Source of the DNA: Octopus vulgaris
Taxonomy: Eukaryota
Length of the DNA: 64,000 bases
Reading direction: 5' to 3'
Assembly (NCBI GenBank): GCA_951406725.2
Contig: OX597837.1
Coordinates: 12,896,001 to 12,960,000 of the forward strand
The notes below the pieces were generated by a model. It was given only the letters and a program-made list of their open reading frames with translations. It was not told the origin of the DNA and ran no database searches. The position numbers were made by a program, and so were the translations under genes. This document shows positions 23,052 to 36,269 of this stretch, piece after piece (positions within the stretch are counted from its first letter, which is position 1; each line of letters opens with the position of its first letter).

Positions 23052-24857
23052 CTGGGATTTCGTTGTCTTCTTTCTCTTTGCCACATACGAGTTACAAATT
23101 CTGTTTGTTTGGGGAGACTTTTTTACTAGTAGTAGAAATAGTGACCTATTTGGCTGCTATTTCTAATATTTTCCGTATGTGGTTTTGAGCAACTTGTTGC
23201 AATTAACCCTTTATTATAATTAACATATATATATATGTATATGAATGTGTATATATGTATGTATGATTGTGTGTGTGTGTATATATATATGTGTGTGTGT
23301 GTGTGTGTCTGTGAATGTGTGTATATATGTATACATATATAATATGAACGAGAGAGAGAGAGAGAGATTGGATGAAGGAGGAGGGTGTCAGATCCAACAC
23401 CTGTTATTTGGTTTCACCTTTGGACTTTGTACGTTCTGTATCATTTATCGATGACACAGTTTACGAGGTGTGCCTTATGTTTGTTTATTATTTTATTTGT
23501 TCACTTATGTTCTACACAGGTGGGGATTGTGGGGGATTGAGGGGAGGGGTGAGTCATACACATGCTGCATGTGTGGGGGTGGATGCAGGGGTGGGGGCGG
23601 TTATGCGAAACATGGAAGAAACTATTGAATAACGATTAAACAACTGTGAAAAAGTATTGTAATATGGCAGGAAACTGTATAGCAATATATGGTCGGAGAG
23701 GACAACCTAATAATGGCCATCACCACTGCCATCGCCAGCAGTCGCTGACTCTTCCTACACACACACAACTACCACCACCACCAAGAACCCTACCATGACC
23801 GTCACTACCAACAACGCCGTCCAAGAATTTGGACCTGGAGATCTCCATTTCCAGCGACTTCGTGGGCCACCTCCCAGTGGTGTCGGGTGTCAACGAAAGC
23901 CCTCAACTACAACAAGACGACCAAAGTTGTTTTTTTTCCCTCCAAGGTCTGGGGTCTCCCGCCCCTAAACCCTAGACCATCACCTAATCACCTTTACCCT
24001 TCTTGTTGCTTAACAACAACAACAACCACCACCAACAACTGTTTCCACCACCCCCAAAAACAACATCAACCACCGCCACTACCAAGACCACCACCAGCAT
24101 CACATACCATGGACAGAGTTAAGCATTTTAAGCAGAAAACAACAAACTAAACAAACTTTCCCTTCTCGAAAATCAATATCTTTAAAAACTATTCAAACCC
24201 ATTTTGAATTAAAACACATCGGTGGGTGCCACCTCTTAAAATATATTTATCTGTCATGTGTCAGAAAGGTATGTTTTTTTAAACAACTGTTCTGTTTTTT
24301 AAATAGATACTTTTACTATAAAAATACTGTGAAAAACTAACTATTTTTATAGTAAAAAACAAACAAACGAAAGAATACTACTGGGAAGTAACTATTTTTA
24401 TGGTAAAAAGTCAAAAAAAGGATTGTCAGAGACTAATCTTTATAGTAAAATAAATAAATTGGAAACTGACTATTTTCATAGTAGAAAAAAAAGCTGTTGG
24501 TTTTGCCATTCCACTTTTAATTATGGTGACACTAATAACAAGGAACCACCGAACTTGTTTTTACTCAATTCCACGAGGTCCTCTCTCTATCTATTTCAGC
24601 TTCTTAGTTTTAAAAATATATAAATGCAATTTGCGATGAGTGCTGGCTTAATTACTTCTTCAGCGTTAAAGTCTAAAGTGGCCAGACAAATATGGGTCAC
24701 CTATTGCCAGAGATAAACATGGGGGTTTATGCCGGGTTAAACCCCCAACTCAGAAAAGAGAGGAAGACCTTCCCTCAAGGGAACATATGACACAGTGCAG
24801 TAAAATCTGAGAGAACAGACAGGCCACACCTTAAGGTAACCCACTTCCTGCATTACA

Positions 24858-25047
24858 AGTCAGGCCCTGGCCTGGAGTCTACAAGGGATGGAGAAGAAAG
24901 GATGCCCTAAAAATAGCTGGAGACAGAATACTGGAACTGAGCTGAAAAAGCAGAGATTCAACAGGAGAGAAGCAGAAAAGATAGTCCAGGGTCAAGAACA
25001 GTGAGAAAAGGCATTGATGGCCCCTGGCCCCACAGGGAGTGAAGGGC
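24858..25047 (+). mobile_element. Degenerate RTE LINE 3' end
   Basis: QALAWSLQGMEKKGCPKNSWRQ resembles the RTE C-terminal ALxWNPQGKRKRGRPKNTWR. Confidence 0.6.
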
Positions 25048-25529
25048 TTAACCCTTTCATTACCAACCTGGCCGAAACCGCCTCTGGCTCTGTAGTACAA
25101 ATGTTTTCTTTTCTTAAATTTTGAATTAAAATTTTCCACTGAACCTTAGTCACAATTTATGTTCCTAACACTAGCTTAATGATAACTAAGTTGTTTTACT
25201 AAATTCTTTGTTATATTAAAAATAATTGAAAGAAACACAGAGCATCTCAACAGAAATATGGTAACAAAAGGGTTAAAATATATAATAGAGAAACGATTCT
25301 TAACCCTTTTGTTACCAACCCAGCTGAAACTGACTCTAGCTCTGTAGCACAAATGTCTTGTTTTCATAGGTTCTGAATTAAAATCTTCCACCAAACCTTA
25401 GTCACAATTTATGTTTCCAACACTAGCTTAATGATAACTCAGCTATTTTACTAAATTCTTTGTTATATTTAAAATTAATTGAAAGAAACACAGAGCATCT
25501 CAAAACAAATACAGTGACGAAAGGGTTAA
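25048..25529. mobile_element. Two tandem piggyBac-type family 1 MITEs with a ~23-bp spacer
   Basis: TTAA/CCCTT ends at 25048-25276 and 25300-25529. Confidence 0.85.
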
Positions 25530-25764
25530 GTAAGTAATACTGACAGAAAAAGAATTTCAACCTTGGTCTGAATCTGGTTTCAAAGTGCAAAAGTTCCCCA
25601 CCATTTACTGATCATGAGTGCTGGCTCATGGATAATAAATGGAACTACAAATGAACCTCCCCTTATTGCCAAACAATAGAAAGGTAGTTCCCCCATATTT
25701 CAAAGACATACAGGGACTCAACAACAAGGACCACTTCCTCTGTATTCCATTCCTTCCATGCATA

Positions 25765-26174
25765 CTCTCTTTTACTCTTTTACTTGTTTTGGTCATTTGA
25801 CTGCGGCCATGCTGCAGCACCGCCTTTAATCGAGCAACTCGACCCCAGGACTTATTCTTTGTAAGCCCAGTACTTATTCTATCGATCTCTTTTGCCGAAC
25901 CGCTAAGTAACAGGGACATAAACACACCAGCATCGGTTGTCAAGCAATGCTAGGGGAACAATCAGACACAAAAACACACACACATACTTATATATATATA
26001 TACATATATACGAGAGGCTTCTTTCAGTTTCCGTCTACCAAATCCACTCACAAGGCTTTGGTTGGCCCAAGGCTATAGTAGAAGACACTTGCCCAAGATG
26101 CCACGCAGTGGGACTGAACCCGAAGCCATGTGGTTGGTAAACAAGCTACTTACCACACAGCCACTCCTGCGCCT
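25765..26174 (-). mobile_element. SINE family A
   Basis: Full-length reverse copy. Confidence 0.88.
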
Positions 26175-26544
26175 GAATGAATGCTACTGAATGAATGAAA
26201 ATATCCTGTTTTTCAGCACAGGCTTATTGAACAGATTGAAACGTGACATGTCTTCCAATGAATATTTTCAGCAAACAATCAAATCCCGATGTACTGTTGG
26301 CTAATTATGTCTCGATGTACTTTCATTTATTATCACAGTCCACAAGTCCACCTTTCACCAATTGACTGAGATTAGAAACAAGCAACTCAGAGTTATTGTC
26401 CAAGGAGCATCGATTGCTTATGAAATATATACGTCTTATGAAGTGAGTGTATCGAATACTTCCTCCATCCTTCCATTTATAAACACAAATGTTTAGCAAT
26501 TACACACACACACACACAATCTTCAATACTCTACAACAGGGTAA

Positions 26545-26885
26545 AGGGTAGAGACCCCGCTTCAGTCATGAATGACCATGGGATTGCACCTAGAAAGTTC
26601 CCCCTCTGAGGCACAAGTCTGGGCAAGGTTGTTTTATGGAAGACCAGCAATCGTCCATGATGCATACCAGCCTCCCATCTCTATGCCATCAATGATATCC
26701 AAGGGAAAGGCAAAGGGGCCGATACAGCTTGGCACCTGTGACATCACAACTCATTTCTAAAGCTGAGTGAACTGGAGCAACGTGAAGTAAAGTGTCTTGC
26801 TCAAGAACATAATGCCTGGTCTGGGAATTGAACTCACTACCTCATGATTGTGAACCCAACACTCTACCACTGAGCCATGTGCCTA
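26545..26885 (-). mobile_element. CORE-like tRNA SINE, family D
   Basis: Head tggctcagtggtagag...gagttcaattccc and core cttgagcaagacacttta; homologous to 44885-45222. Confidence 0.78.
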
Positions 26886-27311
26886 CTATAGAGTATATAC
26901 ATATATATACATATGTATATATATATATATATATATATGTATATCATATACATATGATCCGGTTCTTGACTGAAGATTGAAGGCTTCGAATGTCCTGTCC
27001 ATGTTTTTTGTATCGTCTTCTAAATGTTTCCCGTTCTTGTCCCAGTTTGTATTTTTTTACATTTACATGTATATATATATATCATCATGATATATATACA
27101 TATATATAAAACCTTCTTACACGTGGCCTTCAATACTCTGCAATACCACCGAGTAGACTTATAAGACGAATCGTTTCTTAGTGAGAATCAAAAATGGTTT
27201 TGCAAGATTTAAGCCCACCCTATATTTCCTTCCGCTTACCATAATTAAGGAAAAAAAGGAAAGTTATAACAGAAAATACATAAGAAACATTGAAGAAAGA
27301 TCAGGACTCAC

Positions 27312-27360
27312 CATAAATAAGACAAAAGTGGAGCCGGCATGCATGAGTGGGCTTTCATTT
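27312..27360 (-). CDS. TTC39C: TTC39C-like exon 2, 49 nt ((K)NESPLMHAGSTFVLFM)
   Basis: Acceptor ttttcgtttcag and donor ATG|gtgagt. Phase 2 to phase 0 joins exon 1 and exon 3 in frame; matches TTC39C RNHSPLMSFGASFVSFL. Confidence 0.92.
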
Positions 27361-27414
27361 CTGAAACGAAAAAGAGAAAAGCATTTGGTTAATATATATT
27401 AATATTGTTGTAAA

Positions 27415-27615
27415 AGGCACGTAAAAAGCACATAAAAATCACCCATTACACTCGCGGAGTGGTTGGCGTCAGGAAGGGCATCCAGCTGTAGAAACTCTGC
27501 CAGATCAGACTGGAGCCTGGTGCAGCCCCTGGCTTCCCAGACCCCGGTCGAACCGTCCAACCCATACTAGCGCGAAAAAAGGGACGTTAAACGATGATGA
27601 TGATGATGATGATGA
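27415..27615 (+). mobile_element. RTE-LINE 3' tail fragment
   Basis: Same 3' UTR and (GAT)n tail as the 4651-4900 region. Confidence 0.8.
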
Positions 27616-27709
27616 TTGTTGTGTCTTGTCGACACTGTTATGTCCTTTGAACTCATTGTATATGCCACGTTATAACATGGAGTTATAACGCGGTTATAAC
27701 AATACAAAT

Positions 27710-28008
27710 AATTGCAGCGTGGAAGGTGTTTATAGGCCATTTAAGAAACACACAGAAACTGTTAGATTCACTTTAACATTTAAATTTAATTTGTTAAAAT
27801 TCCGTATGCAGTACGGAATTTTGTCAGTTAACAGGTCGCGGTCTCAAAGCGACGAAAATATTTTGACAAATTAAATTTAAATGTCGAAGTGAATCTAACG
27901 GCTTTTGTGCATTTCTTAAATGGCTTATATACACCTTCCACGCTGCAATTGTTTTCGTTCCAGCACACGATCTCAGATCAGGTCACTTGCTATGCAAGTA
28001 CATCTCCG
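27710..28008. repeat. Fold-back element with ~90-bp inverted arms
   Basis: 27710-27800 is the reverse complement of 27860-27950; flanked by the 13-bp direct repeat taacaatacaaat. Confidence 0.8.
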
Positions 28009-28690
28009 TAACAATACAAATGTAAATCAAAAACAACACTTAACAAACAATATCTCTTCTTTATGACTTCTACGACTGTCTTCACAAAATCCCTGTGCAC
28101 ACCACACTGTCTCTTCACTGACAGTGCATATGCGCTTTTGTATGGTTTAGGGCAGTTGAGTTGCTGTCCCACAGGGGTGTCAGGGTTTCACCACAACAAA
28201 TATATTGCTTAAACATTTTTCTGAATGTACAAAAACATCTTTGTATTCTAAGACATGTGAGATAAATTCATTTTATGTTCAACTTGAACATTTCCTGATG
28301 AGTCAATGTGTATATTATCATCATCGTTTAACGTCCGCCTTCCATGCCGGCACGGGAGGGATGGTTTCACAAGAGCTGGTCGGGCAGAAGCCTGCACCTG
28401 ACTTCTGTGACTGTTTTGGCAGGATTTTTACAGCTGGATGCCCTTCCTAACACCAACCACTCAGCAGAGTAGACTTAGTGCTTTTTATAGTTGAAATTTA
28501 TAGAAAAAACAAAAGACGAAGAAAGGTGTATGAACAACAAGAAGGTATATTAGTTTGACACTCAGGAAAATGTAAAAGTATTTTACATTTCGAGCCTGTG
28601 CTCTTCAGCAGAAAGGAATAAGAGAAAATAAACAGAGAGAGAATGAAACATAAACTTGTAGATTTAGCAGTCATATATATATGTATGCGT

Positions 28691-29110
28691 AGGCGGCGAG
28701 CTGGCAGAAACGTTAGCACGCCGGGCGAAATGCATAGCAGTATTTCGTCTGCCATTACGTTCAGAGTTCAAATTCCGCCGAGGTCGACTTTGCCTTTCAT
28801 CCTTTCGGGGTCGATAAATTAAGTACCAGTTACGCACTGGGGTTGATATAATCGACTTAATCCGTGTGTCTGTCCTTGTTTGTCCTCTCTGTGTTTAGAC
28901 CCTTGTGGGTAGTAAAGAAATAGAAATAGGTATTTCGTCTGCTGTTACGTTCTGAGTTCAAATTCCGCCGAGGTCAACTTTGCCTTTCATCCTTTTGGGG
29001 TCGGTAAATTAAGTACCAGTTACGCACTGGGGTCGATATAATCGACTTAATCCGTGTGTTTGTCCTTGTTTGTCCTCTCTGTGTTCAGCCCCTTGTGGGC
29101 AGTTAAGAAA
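28691..29110 (+). mobile_element. SINE family B dimer
   Basis: Head plus two units. Confidence 0.85.
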
Positions 29111-29684
29111 TATATATATATGTATGCATGTATGTATGTATGTATGTAGGTATATGTACACACACACACGTGTGAGTGTTGTATGAGAACTGTTTATCAT
29201 TCATCAATCATACAACCATGTCAGTAGAAGGTGGAGTAAGATTTCTCCTTCATAGGAGTGAACATTATTATATAAAAGAGCAATCGTTTCTCTTTTCATG
29301 GTTTTTTTCTCAAGTTTGGCCTAGTTCAACCTGACACTGAAGTTGAAACCCAAAAAAAAAAACAAACAAAGAAAAAAGAAATCAAAATTTTAAAAAATGA
29401 ACATGGGCGGTAAGATATCATTTCACTTTAAAAATCTTACCTTTCATTTATCTATTTGTTTAAAAAACAAACAAACAAACAGCTTAATTAAATATCTGAA
29501 ACGGAAACATTTTTTAGAAGGTAGAAAGCAGTCTTATGATGGATATCTTCAAAGACAAAATGGTAAGCAAACAAAAGCTCAAAGAGACGAGGAACTCATA
29601 AGTTCAAAAGTTAATAATTAAAATCTTTGAAGTCACTTTCCATAATTACAATTTTTTTCGTTAAAAACTTACTTACTTCACATG

Positions 29685-30110
29685 CTTATTTTTTTTACTT
29701 ATCTAATTCTTAGCCTTTTCCTTTCTTTTTTAAATTTTTTTTACTTATTTATTTTTTAGCTTTTTCCTTTCTTTTCTTGATATTTTTTTTACTTATTTAT
29801 TTTTTAGTTTTTTCCTTTCTTTTTTTGATATTTTTTTTACTTATTTATTTTTTAACTTTTTCCTTTCTTTTTTTGATTTTTTTTTACTTATTTATTTTTT
29901 TAGTTTTTTCCTTTCTTTTTTTGATTTTTTTTTTACTTATTTATTTTTTTAGCTTTTTCCTTTCATTTTTTGATTTTTTTACTTATTTATTTTTAGCTTT
30001 TTCCTTTCTTTTTTTGATATTTTTTTAACTTATTTATTTTTTAACTTTTTCCTTTCTTTTTTTGATGTTTTTTTTTACTTATTTATTTTTTAGCTTTTTC
30101 CTTTCATTTA
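29685..30110. repeat. T-rich minisatellite, ~45-bp unit
   Basis: ttttttttacttatttattttttagctttttcctttcttttttgat, about 9 copies. Confidence 0.9.
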
Positions 30111-31308
30111 AAAAAATTTTTTTTTTTGACTTATAGGCTTTGGGGAGAAGCCAAAACATTCCCAGCCCAACTTTCATAGTTATACAGCATCACACACCTC
30201 GTGAATACTACAAAGCAATATGCCACACAAAAATTTCCGATTTTTATATCCTTGGGATTTTTTTTTTAATTCTTGCTTTATTTTTCTTTATATCATTTAT
30301 TTATTTTTGGTAAGAAATTTGGCATTATTGATATTTTTTTATTGGATATTTTCTTCGAAATGTGTGTTACAAGCAGCAAGGTACCTTATCCTGCTTCCAA
30401 AGTCTGATTGCAGAACACACAGCAATGGATTTTCTTCGGGGTTTTTTTTGTGTTTCTTTAACTGGTAAATGCTACTGAACTGAAATTCGATATGAAAATT
30501 CCAAGAAAAATATAAATAAATAAAACGAATGAATGAATAAATAAATAATTGTCGGTGGAGGGCGGGGGATGGGGTGCGGTTTGATGTTGAGAAAAAATTT
30601 TTAAATGATCGCTTGACAGAAAGATGGATGTTCTCCCCGCCCACACACCCCATGTCAACCCGTTCTCCTCCTCTTCGCATCAAATACAGACGCAAACGGA
30701 AACATATACGCACGTTCAAACACGTACACAATAACACATATACATACATGCATACACATACGTGCACACACGTGCGCATGCATGCATGCACACATACACA
30801 TGTAGGGAAGGTGTATCTGTTTTGACTTGGGTTACAAAAATAATTTTTTTTTAATCAATTGAAATTATAGAAGCAGATGAGAAGAAGAAGAAGAGAAGAG
30901 ATATTTGTCGGTAACAGAATCTGTCACCATCTTTAACACTACCACCACCAGGCCCTGGGGTGACTTTAGAGGAGTCCACTCTGTTGGAAGCATTCAAGGG
31001 AGGTCTCCAGGTTGAAGATCCCTTCCTCTCCTCCCTTCTCATGAGTCTTAAATGACTCGTGCAAAGGGCCGTGAGCACTGCCTTCTTCCTTTCTGACAAA
31101 AAGAAATATGGCCGTGTGTTAAATAAAATGAGATGACAAAGCTAAGGCTGTGTGGAATTTATAGGACACAGCCTTGGCTTTGTGGCCTCATTTTATTTAG
31201 CTTATATATGCTCACACAAGACCCACACTAGACCCCTGACTTGTATTATTATCGAACCGAGAGTCTAAGTACAGTCCTGCCATCTTGGGTCTTCTGGATA
31301 CCAATACC

Positions 31309-31345
<37 letters not shown>

Positions 31346-31508
31346 TAAAAACGGTAAGATAACAAAAGAAAGAATGAGACCTCGATATTATGTAAATAGA
31401 GGAATTTATCTGTAAATATAATATGTGACAATTATTCGGTAGCCATGATAAAACTCCGAGTTTCGGATGTCGGGGTGGAAATCCCCGCCACCATCTCTTC
31501 GGTTCTGA

Positions 31509-31541
<33 letters not shown>

Positions 31542-31579
31542 GTAGGATAAAATTTTTTCGAAAAAAAATTTCATCAATG

Positions 31580-32609
31580 GCCATCGTCATCATCATGGTC
31601 ATGGTGATGATGGTGGTGGTATGATGATGGTGGTGGTGATAATGATGGTGGTGATGGTGGTGGTGATGATAGTGGTGGTGGTGATGATAGTGGTGGTGAT
31701 GATGATGATGGTGGTGGTGGTGGTGGTGATGATGATAGTGGTGGTGATGATGATGGTGATGACGACGATGATAATGACCATTTTAAGCAGACTCTAATTT
31801 ATATTATAGACAAAATCTTCAAGGAATTGGATGCTGGTTTGTCTGGGATAATTTCTCCTGGCAGACAAGAAGAAAAAGCAAAAGAAAACCCAAGATGAAA
31901 TAGAAATGTTTCACTCATGGACGTCTTCCTCAGAGACATTTGTCTGGGGTAAGAAGGACAACAATTCCAGTTCTATGAGGCACCATTCCAATGACATGCT
32001 CACTCAGCCATTTCAACCTGATTCGTGAAACACACTCCACCAACCACCCACCCCCACCCCGAAACCATAGCGAAAGAAGAACTCCATTGTTAGCGAAATA
32101 TCAACCAGGATATTTCAGTGAGAGAGAATAAGGATAATGACCATGTTGGTGGTGGTGGTGGTGGTGGTGGTGGTGGTGGTGGTGGTGGTGGTGGTGGTGA
32201 TGGTGGTGCTGATGATGGTGGTGTTGGTGGTGATGATGATGGTGATGATGATGGTGATGGTGGTGGTTGAGGTGATGATGGTGGTGGTGGTGGTGGTAGT
32301 GATGGTGGTGATGGTGGCGGTGATGGTGATGGCGGTGGTTGTGGTGATGGTGGTGGTGGTGGTGGTGGTGGTTGTGATGATGGTGGTGGTGGTGGTGGTG
32401 ATGAAGGCAGTGATGGTAGCGGTGATGGTGGTGATGATGGTGATGATGGTGATGGCAGTGGTGGTGGTGGTGGTTGCAGTAATGATGATGGTGGTGGTGG
32501 TGGTGGTGGTGGTGGTGATGATGGTGACAGTGATGATACTGATTGCAGTTATGGCAGTGGTAGTGATGATGAATAGTGCCGATGGAAGGCGACAATGTTG
32601 GTACTGGCA

Positions 32610-32649
<40 letters not shown>

Positions 32650-32650
32650 G
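31580..32650. repeat. (GGT/GAT)n trinucleotide blocks (31580-31780 and 32140-32650)
   Basis: Directly visible; source of the spurious poly-His/Thr/Val ORFs. Confidence 0.95.
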
Positions 32651-33004
32651 CAAGAGTAATCACAAACAAGGAAATGCCAGATATCACAAACACACAACAG
32701 TGCCAAACCTCAAGACTCTTCGTGACGGAATCTTCAGATTCCAACAGAAAACCCTGTGTCTGATGCCACTCTACAGTAAAAAATATCACTGAGTTGATTT
32801 GGTGAATTTATATAATTACAGAAAAGCTATAATCATTCCCACTTTTCCCCATCCAGATATAAACACACACACTTGAGAAAATATTTGAAATATTTCACCT
32901 TCTCCACAAAGCCAAAAAAAAAAAAAAAAATGAAAAAATATTTAAATTACAAAATAAATTTTACATGAATGTTTGTGTTTGTGTGTGTGTGCATCCATCT
33001 GTGT

Positions 33005-33297
33005 GGAGGCACATGTCCTAGTGGTTAGAGCAGCGGACTCGCAGGTTCGAATCTCAGACCAGGCGATGTGTGTGTGTTTATGAGCGAAACACCTCAGCTC
33101 CATGCGGCTCCGACAGAAGGTAATGGTGAAACTTCTGCTGACTCTTTCGCCACAACTTTCTCTCACTCTTTCCTCCTGCATCTTGCAGCTCACCTGCAAC
33201 GGACCGGCGTCCCGGCCAGGTGGGGAACCTATATGCCAAAGAAACCGGGAAACCAGCCCTTATGAGCCAGGCATGGCTCGAGAAGGAACAAACAGCC
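33005..33297 (+). mobile_element. SINE family C
   Basis: tRNA-like head; homologous to 15545-15845. Confidence 0.82.
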
Positions 33298-33739
33298 ATC
33301 TGTGTGTGGCATGCATACACACACATACACAAATAGGAAAGTAGACACCTGCCCCTCGAGTCACTTTTTGAATTTTGGCCAATTAGCATATCATCATCAT
33401 CATCGTTTAATGTCTGTTGTCCATGCTGTCATGGGTTGGATGGTTTGACCAGGGCTGGTAAACTGGAAGACTGCACCAGATTCCAGCCTGATTTGGCATC
33501 GCTTTCTAATGCCTTCCTAATGCCAACCAGTGTGTAATGGGTATTTTTACATGACACTGGCACAGGTGCCGTTTGTGTGACACCAGTATCTGCCATGACT
33601 GCAATTTTGCTCAGCTTGACGGGTCTTCTTCTCAAGCATGACATAGGGTCAAAGGTCTTGGTCATTGCCTCTGTGAGGCCTAGCACTCAGAAGGAAGGAA
33701 CTTGGCCACTTTGGCTCCATGAGGCCCAATGCTCAAAAG

Positions 33740-33796
<57 letters not shown>

Positions 33797-34126
33797 TATA
33801 TATAAGATAAGAAAATGGAGAAATACATCTAAATCAAATATCAATTACCAGATAATACTCAATCACATACTTTATTAAACCACCACATAAGAGACTGTAG
33901 GGTTAAATATAAAAAGCAGATATATATATATATATAAAGTTAATCCAAACATGAAAATCCAAAAAGAAAACACAACAACGCGAGGACGTGGAACAAATAT
34001 AGTATTGTTGGATGCTCAGGAAGGAAGGGAAGAAGGAGGGTTGAACGTTTCGAGCGGAAACATCCAAGGAAGGGAAGACAGAGGAAAAAAAATTACCAAT
34101 GGTACATACGCGGTCACATTTTGAAA

Positions 34127-34167
<41 letters not shown>

Positions 34168-35174
34168 CACACATACACACACACATGAAAGGGTTGTGTA
34201 AGGCCGGGACATTATGAGAAGGTATAAAATAAAGTATAAAAATAAAAAAAAATAAAAACACAGAGTTTTACCTTACATTTCTATCTCTTGAGATTATAAT
34301 ATAAAAAAGTACAAGATAAAACTGTAACTAATACATAACACCATCATCATCATCATCATCGTCGTTTGACATCCGTCTTCCATGCATGCATTGTGGGACG
34401 GCTGACAGGAGCCGGCCAGGTAGAAGACTACCCCCAGGCTAAGGTGTCAGTTTTGGTGGGATTTTTACGGCTGGATGCACTTCCTTAACACCAACCACTT
34501 TGCAGAGTGGTCAGCACAGGCGAGGTCAGTTTGGCCTGGGTTTTACAGCAGCTGGATGCCCTTACAAATGCCAACCACTTGGCACTCTCAACCATGTGGT
34601 TCCAGGTTCAGTCCCACTGCATGGCACATTGGGCAAGTGTCTTCTACTATAGCCTCGGGCCAACCAAATCTATCTAGAATTTTCTCAATTCTTTTGGCAG
34701 AGATTGCTCAAAATAAAGTCTATCAACACAACCTTGCCAAATTCCAGGAATTATGTTCTACAAGCTTTGAAGAATTTGCTAAATTTACAGCTTATTTATA
34801 TCCCAAAATTTCTCAATCTGGTCCTCAGAAATTGAAAAATTGCACACTTTGAACATTTAATATGAGTGTGGAAAGCTTTGTTCTTTTTTTTGTTTTTTTT
34901 TTGTTTTGCTTTTGGTGGGGGGGGGTTGATCTAATAGAAATTTATGGTATTTTTAGTGATGTTTACTTTTTTTTTTAGCTTTTGTTAAGGTTTGATATTG
35001 CATAGGAATTTACAGATGTTTATATATAAAGATGTATGCATAATTTGTGAGATTATAAAACAATAAAACGACAGCTGACACTTTGCAACTGAGAGAGTTC
35101 ATTCAACTTTAATTTCAATTTTGTGATTTCTTCAACACCAACACAAACATTTTGCATAGCAGAGGCTACCTTGA

Positions 35175-35680
35175 CATTCTGAGTTCAAATCCAGCTGAGG
35201 TCGACTTTGTCTTTCACCCTTTCAAGGTCGATAAAGTAAGTACCAGTTACGCACTGGGGTCGATATAATCGACTTAATCCGTTTGTCTGTCCTTGTTTGT
35301 CCCTTCTGTGTTTAGCCCCTTGTGGGTAGTAAAGAAATAGGAATAAGGCAGCAAGCTGGCAGAACCATTAGCACGCCGGGCGAAATGCGTAGCTGTATTT
35401 TGTCTGCCCTTACGTTCTGAGTTCAAATTCCACTGAGGTCGACTTTGCCTTTCATCCTTTCGGGGGTCGATAAATTAAGTACCAGTTACGCACTGGGGTC
35501 AATGCAATCAACTTAATCCGTTTGTCTGTCCTTGTTTGTCCCCTCTATGTTTAGCCCCTTGTGGGTAATAAAGAAACAGATAAAGTAAGTACCAGTTAAT
35601 CACTGGGGAGGGGGTTTGATATAACAGACTTATTACACTTCCCCAAAATTGCTGGCCTTGTGCCAAAATTTGAATCCAAT
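35175..35680 (+). mobile_element. Cluster of nested family B SINEs
   Basis: Two family B bodies inserted within an older copy carrying the alternative 3' tail. Confidence 0.75.
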
Positions 35681-36269
35681 ATACAAACATCTGAGCAAAA
35701 ACTATATCGTCTTCATCATCATCATCATCATCATCGTTTTATGTCCACATTCCATGGGTTGGAACACTGGAACGGTCCAGTCAGAGAAAACCCCATCTCG
35801 TGCTTTTCTCGATTCCCTTGATTCCTGAGGCCCGATGCCCTGCATAACACCAACAACTTCACAAAGTGTACAGGGTGCATTTTATCAATGAACCGGTTCT
35901 AGAGTGGTGGTCACGTTCTTGACAAGACTAAAATTTGCTCTTAACCCTCAGCCTCTGCTCATTTGCCGACCATTTCGCAGAGTGTACCGAGTACATTTCA
36001 CCATGGCAACCAGCCGTAGAAACCATGCCAGGTCAGACCGGAACCTGGCGCAGCTCTCCAACTCATCAGCTCTAGTCAAAACCTTCTAACCCATGCCAGC
36101 ACAGAGAGCGGACGTTAAATGATGATCACGATGATGATGATGATGATGATGTATATAGGACTACATTATCAAAGATATCTTTTTTTTGTTTTGTTTTGAA
36201 GATTCAGCTGCTATTTCTAGCAATAAAAAAAAATGAAGTTACCACATAGAGGCTTCCTCCTTCAGTCAT

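Noticed and set aside
23700-24120. GC-richer island suggesting an exon or promoter
   Set aside because: No consistent ORF or splice sites; partly (CAC/CAA)n low complexity.
26965-27000. ctgaaga...gaatgtc hammerhead-like string
   Set aside because: No GAAA core and no convincing stems.
32101-32789. Poly-His/Thr/Val ORFs (also 36233-36775)
   Set aside because: (GGT/GAT)n repeats; no splice signals or domains.
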